This document shows, piece by piece, positions 49,220 to 58,624 of a stretch of 64,000 nucleotides of DNA. The notes under the pieces were generated by a model that saw nothing but the letters and a program-made list of their open reading frames with translations, had not been told where the DNA came from and searched no databases. The first letter of the stretch is position 1. Every line of letters starts with the position of its first letter. Position numbers and translations under genes: made by a program. This DNA comes from an uncultured Gammaproteobacteria bacterium (GTDB lineage Bacteria > Patescibacteriota > Microgenomatia > UBA8517). The DNA lies in assembly GCA_964435575.1 (NCBI GenBank), contig CAYSZS010000001.1, positions 43,206-107,205 of the forward strand, given 5' to 3'.

Positions 49220-50236
49220 TTGAAAATGGATAAAGATTTACCCTATTACGAAATAGAAGGTAACTATGAGAAAGTAGGAGGATTTTTAGGTAAAACTTTT
49301 AGAAAAAATATCAAGGAAGCAATTGATAAAAGGAAAAAAGAAATTGTCAATTATGGAACTTATCTTCCGAAGTCCCAGGAATGCTTCGAAATTACAAAAA
49401 AATATTTTCCTAAATTGATTATCGAAACGGAAGCAATTGCAAGAGGAGCAGGAGTGTCGGTAATTGATTATTTCTTTATTAACAACCGTGAAGTGTATGA
49501 TCCCGCTGAAGAACGGGATAAAAAGAATGCAGTAAAGGCAGATCATTGTACTGTGGTTGTAGGTTTTGACGAGAACAAACTAGTTATTGGTCACAATGAA
49601 GATTGGTCATTAGAAGCAATAGATGAGCTTTATATTCTTAAAGCGACGATTAATAAAACCACATTTATTGGTCTTAATTACAATATTACAGTAGCTGGTA
49701 ATTCGGCGTCTATGAATAACTATGGTCTTACACAGTGTATAAATGATATTTATCAAACGAACAAAATAGGAGTACCGAAAAATTATGTTGCAAGAGCGGT
49801 ACTTGAAGCAAGGAATTTAGATGAAGCAGAAAATATGATTCGTTACGTTCAACGAGGGTCGGGATTTAATCATGTACTTGCTCAAGGAACGGAGATAAGA
49901 AATATTGAGATTGCTGGAGATAGAGTCAGTGTTCAGAAAGTTAAGAACAAACCGTACGTTCACACGAATCATTACCTTACAGAAGAACTGAAAGCTTTTG
50001 AGAAATTTCACACTAAAAGTTCTGAAGAGCGTTATAAGCGTGCTAATGAATTATTGAAAAAGAAAATGACGAAGGATACCGTAATAAGTGTTCTTTCCGA
50101 TACGGAAAACAGGGATTATCCTATTTGTAGGGTGGATGAAACTATTGGTTCGGTCGTGTTTATTCCAGATCAATTAGAAGCATATTTTTGTTATGGCCAC
50201 CCTTGTGAAGGAAAATTTAGAAAGTTTAGTCTGTAA
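49220..50236 (+). CDS. Peptidase C45 / acyl-CoA:6-APA acyltransferase-like Ntn-hydrolase (tentative)
   Basis: DHCTVVVGF (a candidate N-terminal nucleophile Cys after self-processing) and GHNEDWS. Family-level resemblance only. Confidence 0.4.
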   Translation: MKMDKDLPYYEIEGNYEKVGGFLGKTFRKNIKEAIDKRKKEIVNYGTYLPKSQECFEITKKYFPKLIIETEAIARGAGVSVIDYFFINNREVYDPAEERDKKNAVKADHCTVVVGFDENKLVIGHNEDWSLEAIDELYILKATINKTTFIGLNYNITVAGNSASMNNYGLTQCINDIYQTNKIGVPKNYVARAVLEARNLDEAENMIRYVQRGSGFNHVLAQGTEIRNIEIAGDRVSVQKVKNKPYVHTNHYLTEELKAFEKFHTKSSEERYKRANELLKKKMTKDTVISVLSDTENRDYPICRVDETIGSVVFIPDQLEAYFCYGHPCEGKFRKFSL

Positions 50237-50288
50237 GATTGCTAGCGCAGGAAATTACTTCCCTTTAGCTTTGTGATATCATCAATTA

Positions 50289-51551
50289 GTGTTAACAAGT
50301 TTAACTAACAAGTGGTGGTTTTGGTGGCTGGTTGTTGGGATTGTTCTTCGGTTAATCTTGATACCGATTACATTTCATCCCGATTTATGGGGACATTCGT
50401 CAGTTGCCTACTTTTTCGCTTACGAAGGAAGACTGAATATTTATGACCACCTTGCAAGTTTATCGACAACTCATCCACTCGTCCGCTCAATGGGAGTAGG
50501 GGATATCTTTATTTATCCTCCTTTAACCTATTTTACTCTGGGAATATTTAGATTCTTGGTTAGGCCATTCGCTGATCCTAATTTTATGCCTATGATTTGG
50601 TCAGAAGTTCCAAAGGCATTGTCCTTTCCTACTCTTCATTGGCATCTTTTTTTATTTAAATTTCCATATCTTTTTATAGATATCGCTATAGCATTTATTT
50701 TCGCCAAATTTTTTGGTCAAGAAAAACGAAAACTTGCTTTTGCCTTGTGGATTATAAACCCATTAACTCTTTACGCAACCTTCATGCTAGGGCAGATTGA
50801 TATATTGCCGACTTTTTTTGTAATTCTTTCTTTATATTTTCTTAAACAAAAAAAATATCGGGCTTCGTTAATAAGTCTTGGAATTGGCGGAGCATATAAA
50901 AGTTTTCCTCTTCTTTTTATTCTTCCGGCAGCCTTTATCTTGGGAAGAACTTTTAAAGAAAAAATTAAATATATTCTTTGGGGTCTTATCCCATATTTCC
51001 TTACGGTTGCTCCTTATTTGGCGTCAAGTACATTTAGACAGATGGTTTTATTCAGCCCGAAATCGACAAAAATGCTTTTTATGGGCTGGAATGTCTCGGG
51101 CGCGGAAGTAATCTTTCCCTTTATAATTCTATTAAGTTTTTTATACCTTCATTCATATTATGCCCAAAATAAGCTCTCAGTTTTCTCGTACGAATTTTTA
51201 ATAATGCTCCTTACCCTTTCCATTACTCATTATCACCCCCAGTGGTTTCTCTGGCTAACGCCCTTTTTGCTAATTTATTTAATTAAATCGAATTTCAAAT
51301 ATTCGTTACTAATAATTTCAATGTTTTTAACGTGGTTAATTATAACTTTATTTTTCGAAGCCTCTCTTTCATACGGACTATTTAGTCCAATATTTCCATC
51401 TCTTTCTCAAGCCACTTCTTTGTCTGATGTGGTCAATAACTACACAAACGTATTTCAGATAAAAAGTGTTGTTAGGAGCTTCTTTGCTGGTGGGAGTATA
51501 TATTTATCCTACCTTTTTTTTAGAAACAACTCAATTGATAAAGATATATGA
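50289..51551 (+). CDS. Polytopic membrane protein, GT-C-like (GT87/DUF2029-like, tentative)
   Basis: More than 10 TM helices. The loop motifs NIYDHL and IYPPLTYF parallel those of 57271. Confidence 0.5.
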   Translation: MLTSLTNKWWFWWLVVGIVLRLILIPITFHPDLWGHSSVAYFFAYEGRLNIYDHLASLSTTHPLVRSMGVGDIFIYPPLTYFTLGIFRFLVRPFADPNFMPMIWSEVPKALSFPTLHWHLFLFKFPYLFIDIAIAFIFAKFFGQEKRKLAFALWIINPLTLYATFMLGQIDILPTFFVILSLYFLKQKKYRASLISLGIGGAYKSFPLLFILPAAFILGRTFKEKIKYILWGLIPYFLTVAPYLASSTFRQMVLFSPKSTKMLFMGWNVSGAEVIFPFIILLSFLYLHSYYAQNKLSVFSYEFLIMLLTLSITHYHPQWFLWLTPFLLIYLIKSNFKYSLLIISMFLTWLIITLFFEASLSYGLFSPIFPSLSQATSLSDVVNNYTNVFQIKSVVRSFFAGGSIYLSYLFFRNNSIDKDI

Positions 51552-52276
51552 AAAAGTTAACTTTAAGCATAGTTATTCCCGCATATAACGAGGAAAAAAT
51601 TATTAAAATGAGCCTTGGGAAAATAATAGATTACCTTAAAGTTAAAAGGTATGATTGGGAGATAGTTGTTGCCGATGACGGCTCCGTGGATAAAACGAAA
51701 GACTTAATCAAAAATTTAACTCATAAAAACAAGAGAATTAAGCTCGTTAGACTTCCTCAAAATAAAGGTAAAGGTGGAGCACTTAAAAAAGGAATCCTGG
51801 CCGCTAAAGGGAAATACATAATTTTTATGGATGCTGATCTCTCAGTGGACTTAGGGAACATTGACATTTTTTTGAAACAACTTAAAAAGGAATCTCCTGT
51901 TGTGATCGCTTCAAGGAGGGTGAAAGGTGCGGAAATTGAGGTTCATCAGCCTTGGCACAGGGAGGTAATGGGGAGAGTTTTTACTTTTTTGACACGTATT
52001 TTGATGCAGGTAAATGTAGCTGATTTCACCTGTGGGTTTAAAGGTTTTACAAACGAAGCCGCAAAAAAAATATTTTCCAAGTCCTTGATTAACCGTTGGG
52101 CCTACGACGCGGAGATAATGTTTCTGTCAAACAAGTTCGGTTATAAGATAAGACAAATGCCGATTGTTTGGAAAAATAGAGGAGATACGAGGGTTAGGCT
52201 AAAAAATGTTATCTTTGAATCTTTTATGGATTTACTAAAGATTAGATTAAACGACTTAAGAGGAGTGTATGACTAA
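51548..52276 (+). CDS. GT2 polyprenyl-phosphate sugar synthase (DPM1-like)
   Basis: SIVIPAYNEEKII, VVADDGSVDKT, NKGKGGALKKG and FMDADLSVD. Confidence 0.85.
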   Translation: MKKLTLSIVIPAYNEEKIIKMSLGKIIDYLKVKRYDWEIVVADDGSVDKTKDLIKNLTHKNKRIKLVRLPQNKGKGGALKKGILAAKGKYIIFMDADLSVDLGNIDIFLKQLKKESPVVIASRRVKGAEIEVHQPWHREVMGRVFTFLTRILMQVNVADFTCGFKGFTNEAAKKIFSKSLINRWAYDAEIMFLSNKFGYKIRQMPIVWKNRGDTRVRLKNVIFESFMDLLKIRLNDLRGVYD

Positions 52277-53957
52277 AATTAAAATTTTTTTTAAAAAGAA
52301 TTTTTTATTTGTTTTACTTCTTATTTTAATTATTCCCACATTCCAGGCCCTAATTCGACCGGGATACTTTCCAATGCACGATGATATGCAGGCAATGCGG
52401 CTCTTGCAGATGGATAAGTGTGTAAAAGACCGGCAGATTCCCTGCAGGTGGGTTCCTGACATGGGGTTTGGATACGGCTATCCTCAATTTAACTACTATG
52501 CACCACTGCCTTATTACATTATGGAAATTATCCATCTTTTAGGATTTGGTTTTTTGGATAGCGTAAAAGCGGGGTTTATTTTGAGCATGATTACGGGTGC
52601 GATGGGAATGTACCTTCTTGGGAGCTCTTTATGGGGAAAAGCGGGAGGATTTATAAGTGCGCTAATTTATACTTATGCACCGTATAGAGCAGTTGACGTT
52701 TTCGTTAGGGGAGCGATGGGGGAGGTTTGGGCTTTTGCCCTTTTGCCTTTTGTATTTTGGTCGGTGGGAAAGGTTTTTAAAGGAAAAAAAATAAGCGTTT
52801 TGTATCTTGCTCTTTCCTTCTCTGCCCTACTTACGTCGCACAATATTAGTGCAATTTTAATAATACCCTTTCTCTTGGCTTGGATTTTACTAATCTCCTT
52901 TCGAAATTTTAAAGAATCCCCGACTCAATTTATGCAAAGAATTTATCGAATTTCGATCGGATTTGTTTGGGGAATAGGTATCGCTTCCTTTTTTATATTA
53001 CCTGCTTGGTTTGAAAAAAACTTGGTTCATGTAGAAACCCTTCTTTCCGGGTATTTTAATTATATAAATCACTTCGTAAGCCTGAATCAGCTCCTTTTCC
53101 AAACTCAATGGGGATATGGAACTTCAGAAGTTGGACCTTATGATGACTTGTTGTTATCGGTAGGGCTAATTCTTTGGGTATTGCCACTTATATCCCTAGT
53201 TCTAAATCTATATTTAAAGAAAAAACCTTCTAGTCTATTTGTTTTTCTATTGATACTTTTTGGATGGTTTAGCCTTTTTATGGCTCATTCAAAGTCCTCT
53301 TTCTTTTGGAATAATATAAAAATTCTTTCATTTGTGCAGTTTCCTTGGAGATTTTTACTTTTTTCGACCTTTTTCTTTTCATTGGCAGCAGGATCTATTG
53401 CTTTGGCCTTCAAAAAGGGTAATAAGTTAGGGGGCGTTTGGATGAGCTTCTTAATTATTTTATTATTTTTTCTGTACAGAAATTATTTCATACCGCGAAT
53501 TTGGATAAATACTACGGATCAGGAAAAATTTTCCGGTGAATCCTGGCAAAGACAACAGACAATAAGCATTTTTGACTACTTGCCAGTTTATGCAAAAATG
53601 CCGCCTGCCGCCAAAGCTTCTGACGAACCTGTTTTTATAAGTGGTGAGGGCGATATAAAAAGTGGCCAGGGAGGTTCAAATTGGCAGAATTGGGAGGTGG
53701 AAGTTTTGACAGAAAAGGCAACTTTACAATTTGGAATATTTTATTTTCCTCTGTGGACTGTGCGGGTGGGCGATAAATTAATTCCGATTAACTACGACGA
53801 CGATCTTGGGGCAATAAAAGTAGATTTAAATAGGGGTGGACAGAAAGTTATGCTAAGACTTACTAACACCCCCGTTAGGAGTTTTTCAAACATTGTAACA
53901 TTGGTATCTATATTTTTTATTCCAATCTTTTTAAGAAAGAAGGAACTGATTAAATGA
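52269..53957 (+). CDS. GT-C-like membrane glycosyltransferase, tandem paralog 1 of 3
   Basis: Shares MHDDMQAMRLLQMDKCVKDRQIPCRWVPDMGFGYGYPQFNYY with the next two genes. It has about 12 TM helices and a C-terminal domain containing FPLWTVRV ... LTNTPVR. Confidence 0.65.
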   Translation: MTKIKIFFKKNFLFVLLLILIIPTFQALIRPGYFPMHDDMQAMRLLQMDKCVKDRQIPCRWVPDMGFGYGYPQFNYYAPLPYYIMEIIHLLGFGFLDSVKAGFILSMITGAMGMYLLGSSLWGKAGGFISALIYTYAPYRAVDVFVRGAMGEVWAFALLPFVFWSVGKVFKGKKISVLYLALSFSALLTSHNISAILIIPFLLAWILLISFRNFKESPTQFMQRIYRISIGFVWGIGIASFFILPAWFEKNLVHVETLLSGYFNYINHFVSLNQLLFQTQWGYGTSEVGPYDDLLLSVGLILWVLPLISLVLNLYLKKKPSSLFVFLLILFGWFSLFMAHSKSSFFWNNIKILSFVQFPWRFLLFSTFFFSLAAGSIALAFKKGNKLGGVWMSFLIILLFFLYRNYFIPRIWINTTDQEKFSGESWQRQQTISIFDYLPVYAKMPPAAKASDEPVFISGEGDIKSGQGGSNWQNWEVEVLTEKATLQFGIFYFPLWTVRVGDKLIPINYDDDLGAIKVDLNRGGQKVMLRLTNTPVRSFSNIVTLVSIFFIPIFLRKKELIK

Positions 53958-55627
53958 TAAGAAAAATTTATCCCTTTATTATTATTTTTATTATATGTAT
54001 TCCTGCTAGTTGGTATCTTTTTGGAAGGGGATATTTCAATATGCATGATGATCTTCAGGTAATGAGAGTTTACGAGATGGAGAGGTGTTTTAGTGACGGC
54101 CAAATCCCCTGTCGGTGGTCGCCCGATATGGCATATGGATATGGTCAGGCCATGTTTAATTATTATTCCGCATTCCCCTATTACCTTGGTCAATTTGTGA
54201 GAATGGTTACTGGTTTAAGTATTCTGGCGACCGTAAAGACCCTTTTTTTTATTTCTTTAGTTGGATCCGCATTTGGGATGTACATATTGGCAAAAGAGTT
54301 TTGGGGAAAAATGGGTGGAATTTTAGCATCTGCCCTATACATTTATACTCCCTACCACGCTCTTGATATTTTTGTCAGAGGCGCGCTTTCCGAGAGCTTC
54401 TCTCTTGCAATATTACCCTTTCTTTGGTTTTACCTTTACACCCTAGTTAAAAATCCATCGGTTAAAAGTGCGTTGTTGACGTCTATCTCCCTATTCTTTC
54501 TTCTGACCACCCACAATATTTCAAGCATGATTTACGCGCCGTTTACGCTCATCTGGACGACATTTTGGATAATCTATCTCAAAAATTGGAAAAGCATAAA
54601 GTATGTTTTTATTTCAGGAATATTGGGAGTGGGTTTATCAAGTTTTTTCCTTATTCCCGCCATTTTTGAACAATCGCTAATCAATGTACAATATCTGACT
54701 TCTGAATATTCGGACTTCCATGCGCACTTCGTTTCATTAAAGCAGTTATTCGTTGAAAGAAAGTGGGGATACGGACCCTCAATTTTTGGACCATACGATG
54801 ATCTGTCTTTTCAGGTCGGCTGGCCGCATTGGTTTTTAGGATTTTTAGTAATAGGACTTTCTATTTATTGGTGGGTTAAAAAAAGAAACAAAGAAGCAAT
54901 TCTAAGTATTTCACTAATTTCACTATTTTTGTTGACGACCTTTTTGGCACATCAGAGATCTTTATTTCTTTGGGAATCACTCCCACTTATCAAATTTGTC
55001 CAATTTCCGTGGAGGTTTTTAGGTCTTTCTATGTTTTTCTTGTCATTTGCATTAGGAGCGATGGGAAATGTGCGGTTTACCTTAAAGACTTTATTCGTAT
55101 ATCTGATTCTTGGTATTACAATAGTTCTTAATATTAGCTACTTCAAGCCCTTTAATTTTTCAAGAAAAGTTAAAGACGAAGATAAATTGATGGGAGAAGC
55201 CTGGGAATTACAACAGAAAGCGGCAATTCTCGACTACCTGCCAAAAACTGCCGATATTGCACCCCCAGCATCTGCGTTCGATACACCTAAAGTTATTTCA
55301 GGCGAAGGGGTAATAGAAAACTTTACAAACGATTCCAATAGATTTAGTTTTGACGCCGATATTTTCTCGCTCTCAGAAGTGGTAGTTCCCGTCATGTATT
55401 TTCCGAACTGGATAGTGATTGTTGATAATCAAAAGGTAACAAGCGGGATTAATGGTGCCCATGGAGTCATAAGCCTAGAACTCCCCGTAGGTAAACATAT
55501 CGTTCGAGGTAGGTTTACGAATACTTTAGTAAGGACAGTCGCTAATTCAGTCTCGGTTCTATCTTTAATAATACTTTTTTCTGTTTCAGCAGTCTCTGAG
55601 AACAAAAAGTATGATGAAAAGAAATAA
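53954..55627 (+). CDS. GT-C-like membrane glycosyltransferase, tandem paralog 2 of 3
   Basis: The motifs are MHDDLQVMRVYEMERCFSDGQIPCRWSPDMAYGYGQAMFNYY, FPNWIVIV and FTNTLVR. Confidence 0.65.
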   Translation: MIRKIYPFIIIFIICIPASWYLFGRGYFNMHDDLQVMRVYEMERCFSDGQIPCRWSPDMAYGYGQAMFNYYSAFPYYLGQFVRMVTGLSILATVKTLFFISLVGSAFGMYILAKEFWGKMGGILASALYIYTPYHALDIFVRGALSESFSLAILPFLWFYLYTLVKNPSVKSALLTSISLFFLLTTHNISSMIYAPFTLIWTTFWIIYLKNWKSIKYVFISGILGVGLSSFFLIPAIFEQSLINVQYLTSEYSDFHAHFVSLKQLFVERKWGYGPSIFGPYDDLSFQVGWPHWFLGFLVIGLSIYWWVKKRNKEAILSISLISLFLLTTFLAHQRSLFLWESLPLIKFVQFPWRFLGLSMFFLSFALGAMGNVRFTLKTLFVYLILGITIVLNISYFKPFNFSRKVKDEDKLMGEAWELQQKAAILDYLPKTADIAPPASAFDTPKVISGEGVIENFTNDSNRFSFDADIFSLSEVVVPVMYFPNWIVIVDNQKVTSGINGAHGVISLELPVGKHIVRGRFTNTLVRTVANSVSVLSLIILFSVSAVSENKKYDEKK

Positions 55628-57299
55628 ATTTGTTTATCTATTACTGACACTTTTGCTAATACCAGCAGCTTTTTTCCTTTTAATTCCAGGGTTTTACGAA
55701 CCTCATGACCTCCACCATTTTGCAGATATTTACGAAATGTATCGGGCAATTTCTTCAGGTCAAATTCCACCTCGGTTAGGACCTGATTTTATTTTCGGCT
55801 ATGGATATCCCCTTTTTAATTTTTATTATGTTTTGCCTTTTTATATAGGAAGTTTTTTTTATGCTGTTTTGGGAAGTTTGCAAATTAGTTTCAAATTAGT
55901 TTTTGTTGCAAGCATAATTTTATCAGTTTTTGGAATGTTTTTTTTCCTGAGAGAGTTTTTCGGGAAGTGGGCCGCATTTACCGGATCCGTTTTATTTTTA
56001 TATACTCCCTATCGCGCAGTCCAAATATATGTACGAGGAGCGATGGGGGAGGCACTTGCATTATCTCTTTTACCTTTTGTTTTGTGGTCGGCGGTTCGAT
56101 TGATCAAACAACCCGGAAAGCGAGTTTTGGTTGCGATCTTGTCATTTATCTCGGCCCTTTTTATACTTTCACACAATTATTTTTGGGTAATCAGCCTTCC
56201 TTTCATTCTTGTTTTGCTTACTTTATTGATTGATAAAGAGAATTTGGCCCTTACTATTCGTTCTCTATTAACAACTTTTCTTCTTTCTATAGGTTTAACC
56301 TCCTATTGGTGGTTACCAGCTTTAATAGAACAAGGTACGGTTTCTTCGACCACCCCTTTTCCACTAATTGATCATTTCCCTTTCATCAAACAGTTAATAA
56401 TCCCTTCTTGGGGATATGGAAGTTCAGTTTGGGGATCGGGAGATGGAATGTCGTTCCAGGTAGGCGTCATTAACTGGTTTGTGTTTTTAATTCTTATTGG
56501 GATGATTTTGTTTAAAAGACTTGTAAGTAATAAACAAATTTCAAAACTTGCTATCTGGTCGATTACGGGTTTTTTAGTAAGTCTTTTTATGATGAATATT
56601 CGCTCCTACCCCTTATGGAAAATTCTGCCGTTTCATGACTTTATTCAGTTTCCTTGGAGACTTTTATTTTTGACAACGCTTTTTACAAGTGTAATGGCAG
56701 CGGTTAGCGTTGAAGTGTTAAATAAGCGTGGAAAATATTTAGCATCGACTATAATACTAGGAAGCTTACTTTTGACTTTTCATTATTTTCAACCGAGTAA
56801 AATATTTTATCATACAGATGATGATTATTTATCAAGGTTCTTTGCAAACCGTACAACTCAAGGGGAAAAACGTGAGGTTTCTAAAGAATATTTGAATTAC
56901 AGCGAAGACTACCTCCTTTTACCCAAATGGGTTGACCAACGACCGAGAAGCTTACCTCATCAAAAAATAGAATCCGACGTAATTAGTGTTTTCGATATCG
57001 AGGAAATTACTCCAGTGAAGTGGGTTGTCTTTGTTGAGACAAAGGAAAATTCGAAAGTTACTTTTAATTCTTTATATTTTCCCGGATGGTTTGCAAAAAT
57101 TGACGGTAATCCTACTCTGATAACATTAGAGAAACCGCTCGGACTGATAGAAACACAGGTTCCATTAGGTAAGCATGAAATTTCTTTCTATTGGGCGGAA
57201 ACCCCATTGCGGAAAATGGCAGATCTCATAAGTTTATTTTCGTTAGGAATAAACGGGTTTTTATTTTGGAATGAAAAAAAAGAGCACAACCGAAAATAG
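55611..57299 (+). CDS. GT-C-like membrane glycosyltransferase, tandem paralog 3 of 3 (more diverged)
   Basis: A degenerate N-terminal motif (HDLHHFADIYEMYRAISSGQIPPRLGPDFIFGYGYPLFNFYY) without the Cys pair. It has the same TM architecture and C-terminal segment (FPGWFAKIDG). Confidence 0.6.
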   Translation: MMKRNKFVYLLLTLLLIPAAFFLLIPGFYEPHDLHHFADIYEMYRAISSGQIPPRLGPDFIFGYGYPLFNFYYVLPFYIGSFFYAVLGSLQISFKLVFVASIILSVFGMFFFLREFFGKWAAFTGSVLFLYTPYRAVQIYVRGAMGEALALSLLPFVLWSAVRLIKQPGKRVLVAILSFISALFILSHNYFWVISLPFILVLLTLLIDKENLALTIRSLLTTFLLSIGLTSYWWLPALIEQGTVSSTTPFPLIDHFPFIKQLIIPSWGYGSSVWGSGDGMSFQVGVINWFVFLILIGMILFKRLVSNKQISKLAIWSITGFLVSLFMMNIRSYPLWKILPFHDFIQFPWRLLFLTTLFTSVMAAVSVEVLNKRGKYLASTIILGSLLLTFHYFQPSKIFYHTDDDYLSRFFANRTTQGEKREVSKEYLNYSEDYLLLPKWVDQRPRSLPHQKIESDVISVFDIEEITPVKWVVFVETKENSKVTFNSLYFPGWFAKIDGNPTLITLEKPLGLIETQVPLGKHEISFYWAETPLRKMADLISLFSLGINGFLFWNEKKEHNRK

Positions 57300-58608
57300 T
57301 TTAGTTGATATAGTACTAAGAAATCGAAGGAGAATTTTTCTGGTGGCCCTCCTTCTTATCGGATTTTTTATAAGATTTTACTATGCAGATAAATTCGTTA
57401 AGGAAAGTGGCGACCTACGACTTTATGCGGATTGGGGAGAGAAATTCTGGGAATATGGATCAAAAAATTTTTATTTCGTAAAAGAATGGTATTACGCACC
57501 CCCGAATTATCCGCCGATACTTTCGCTTATCTATGCAGGATCCTATTGGTTATTTGACCATAAATACGTTTTGGCACAAATTCATAATGCGACACGCTTA
57601 GTTCCGGCTGTTTTCATTATCTACTTTTACGATCACGGTTATTATCTCCTTCTTAAATTACCCGGGATTATGGCTGATTTGGGATTGGCATATTTAATAT
57701 ATAAAGTTGTTTTTGAGTTAACAAAGAATACAAAACGTTCGCTTATCGCTTTTTCTTTTTATCTATTTAATCCTATCTCTATTTTTTTGAGCGGAGCATG
57801 GGGGCAAACAGACAGTTTGGTATCGCTTTTTGGAATACTTTCATTTTTAGTTCTTTTTTCGAGGTATATCTGGCTTTCAATCCCTCTTTTATTTATCAGT
57901 TTTTATATAAAACCAAATTGGGGGTTATTTATTCCACTGTATTTATTTATTCTGTTTGGTAAAAAACCCAAATTTAAATATGTAGGATTCGGAATTATAA
58001 TGTCGGTTATAATTTTTATAGTTACTACACTTCCTTTTAGTCAAGGAAGTGTTTTATCTTTTTCTAAATATTTACTGGAATCCAGGATTTTGCCAACCGC
58101 CAGCATTACACACAAAGCATCGGTTTCCGCTTTCAATTTCCATACAATTTTTTTTGAAATAGATAGGACTTCGGATGAAGAACCTGTTTTGGGAATTCCT
58201 GCGAATATTTTCGGGATAATAATTTTTATCTTAGTTAATGTTGTTTCCTTTTGGTACTCGAGGAAACAAAAATACAACATTAAATCGCTAATGGTTGCAC
58301 TTTTTTTAATCGGATTTTCAGGGTACCTTTTTTTGACAAATATGTTAGAGAGGTATTTTTTCGCAGGCTTCGTTCCTCTGATTATTATTGGTTTTACCAA
58401 TACCAGGTTATTAGTTTATCTATTACTTATCAACCTGGCAACTTTTTTAAACCTGGTTTATGCGTTTTTTCGTCGATCGGTCGGTGAAATTGCAGACCTT
58501 TTCACTGAAAATGATTTCTTGGCTATAAGGGTGCTATCAACCCTTAATTTGTTTGGCTTTGTTATTTTGTTGAAAAAATTCAATCCGATTTCTTTCAAGA
58601 AAAGTTAA
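57271..58608 (+). CDS. Polytopic membrane protein, GT-C-like (GT87/DUF2029-like, tentative)
   Basis: About 11 TM helices. The first loop carries LRLYADWGEKFWEY ... YYAPPNYPP. Confidence 0.5.
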   Translation: MKKKSTTENSLVDIVLRNRRRIFLVALLLIGFFIRFYYADKFVKESGDLRLYADWGEKFWEYGSKNFYFVKEWYYAPPNYPPILSLIYAGSYWLFDHKYVLAQIHNATRLVPAVFIIYFYDHGYYLLLKLPGIMADLGLAYLIYKVVFELTKNTKRSLIAFSFYLFNPISIFLSGAWGQTDSLVSLFGILSFLVLFSRYIWLSIPLLFISFYIKPNWGLFIPLYLFILFGKKPKFKYVGFGIIMSVIIFIVTTLPFSQGSVLSFSKYLLESRILPTASITHKASVSAFNFHTIFFEIDRTSDEEPVLGIPANIFGIIIFILVNVVSFWYSRKQKYNIKSLMVALFLIGFSGYLFLTNMLERYFFAGFVPLIIIGFTNTRLLVYLLLINLATFLNLVYAFFRRSVGEIADLFTENDFLAIRVLSTLNLFGFVILLKKFNPISFKKS

Positions 58609-58624
58609 GTGATAAAATTTTAAA

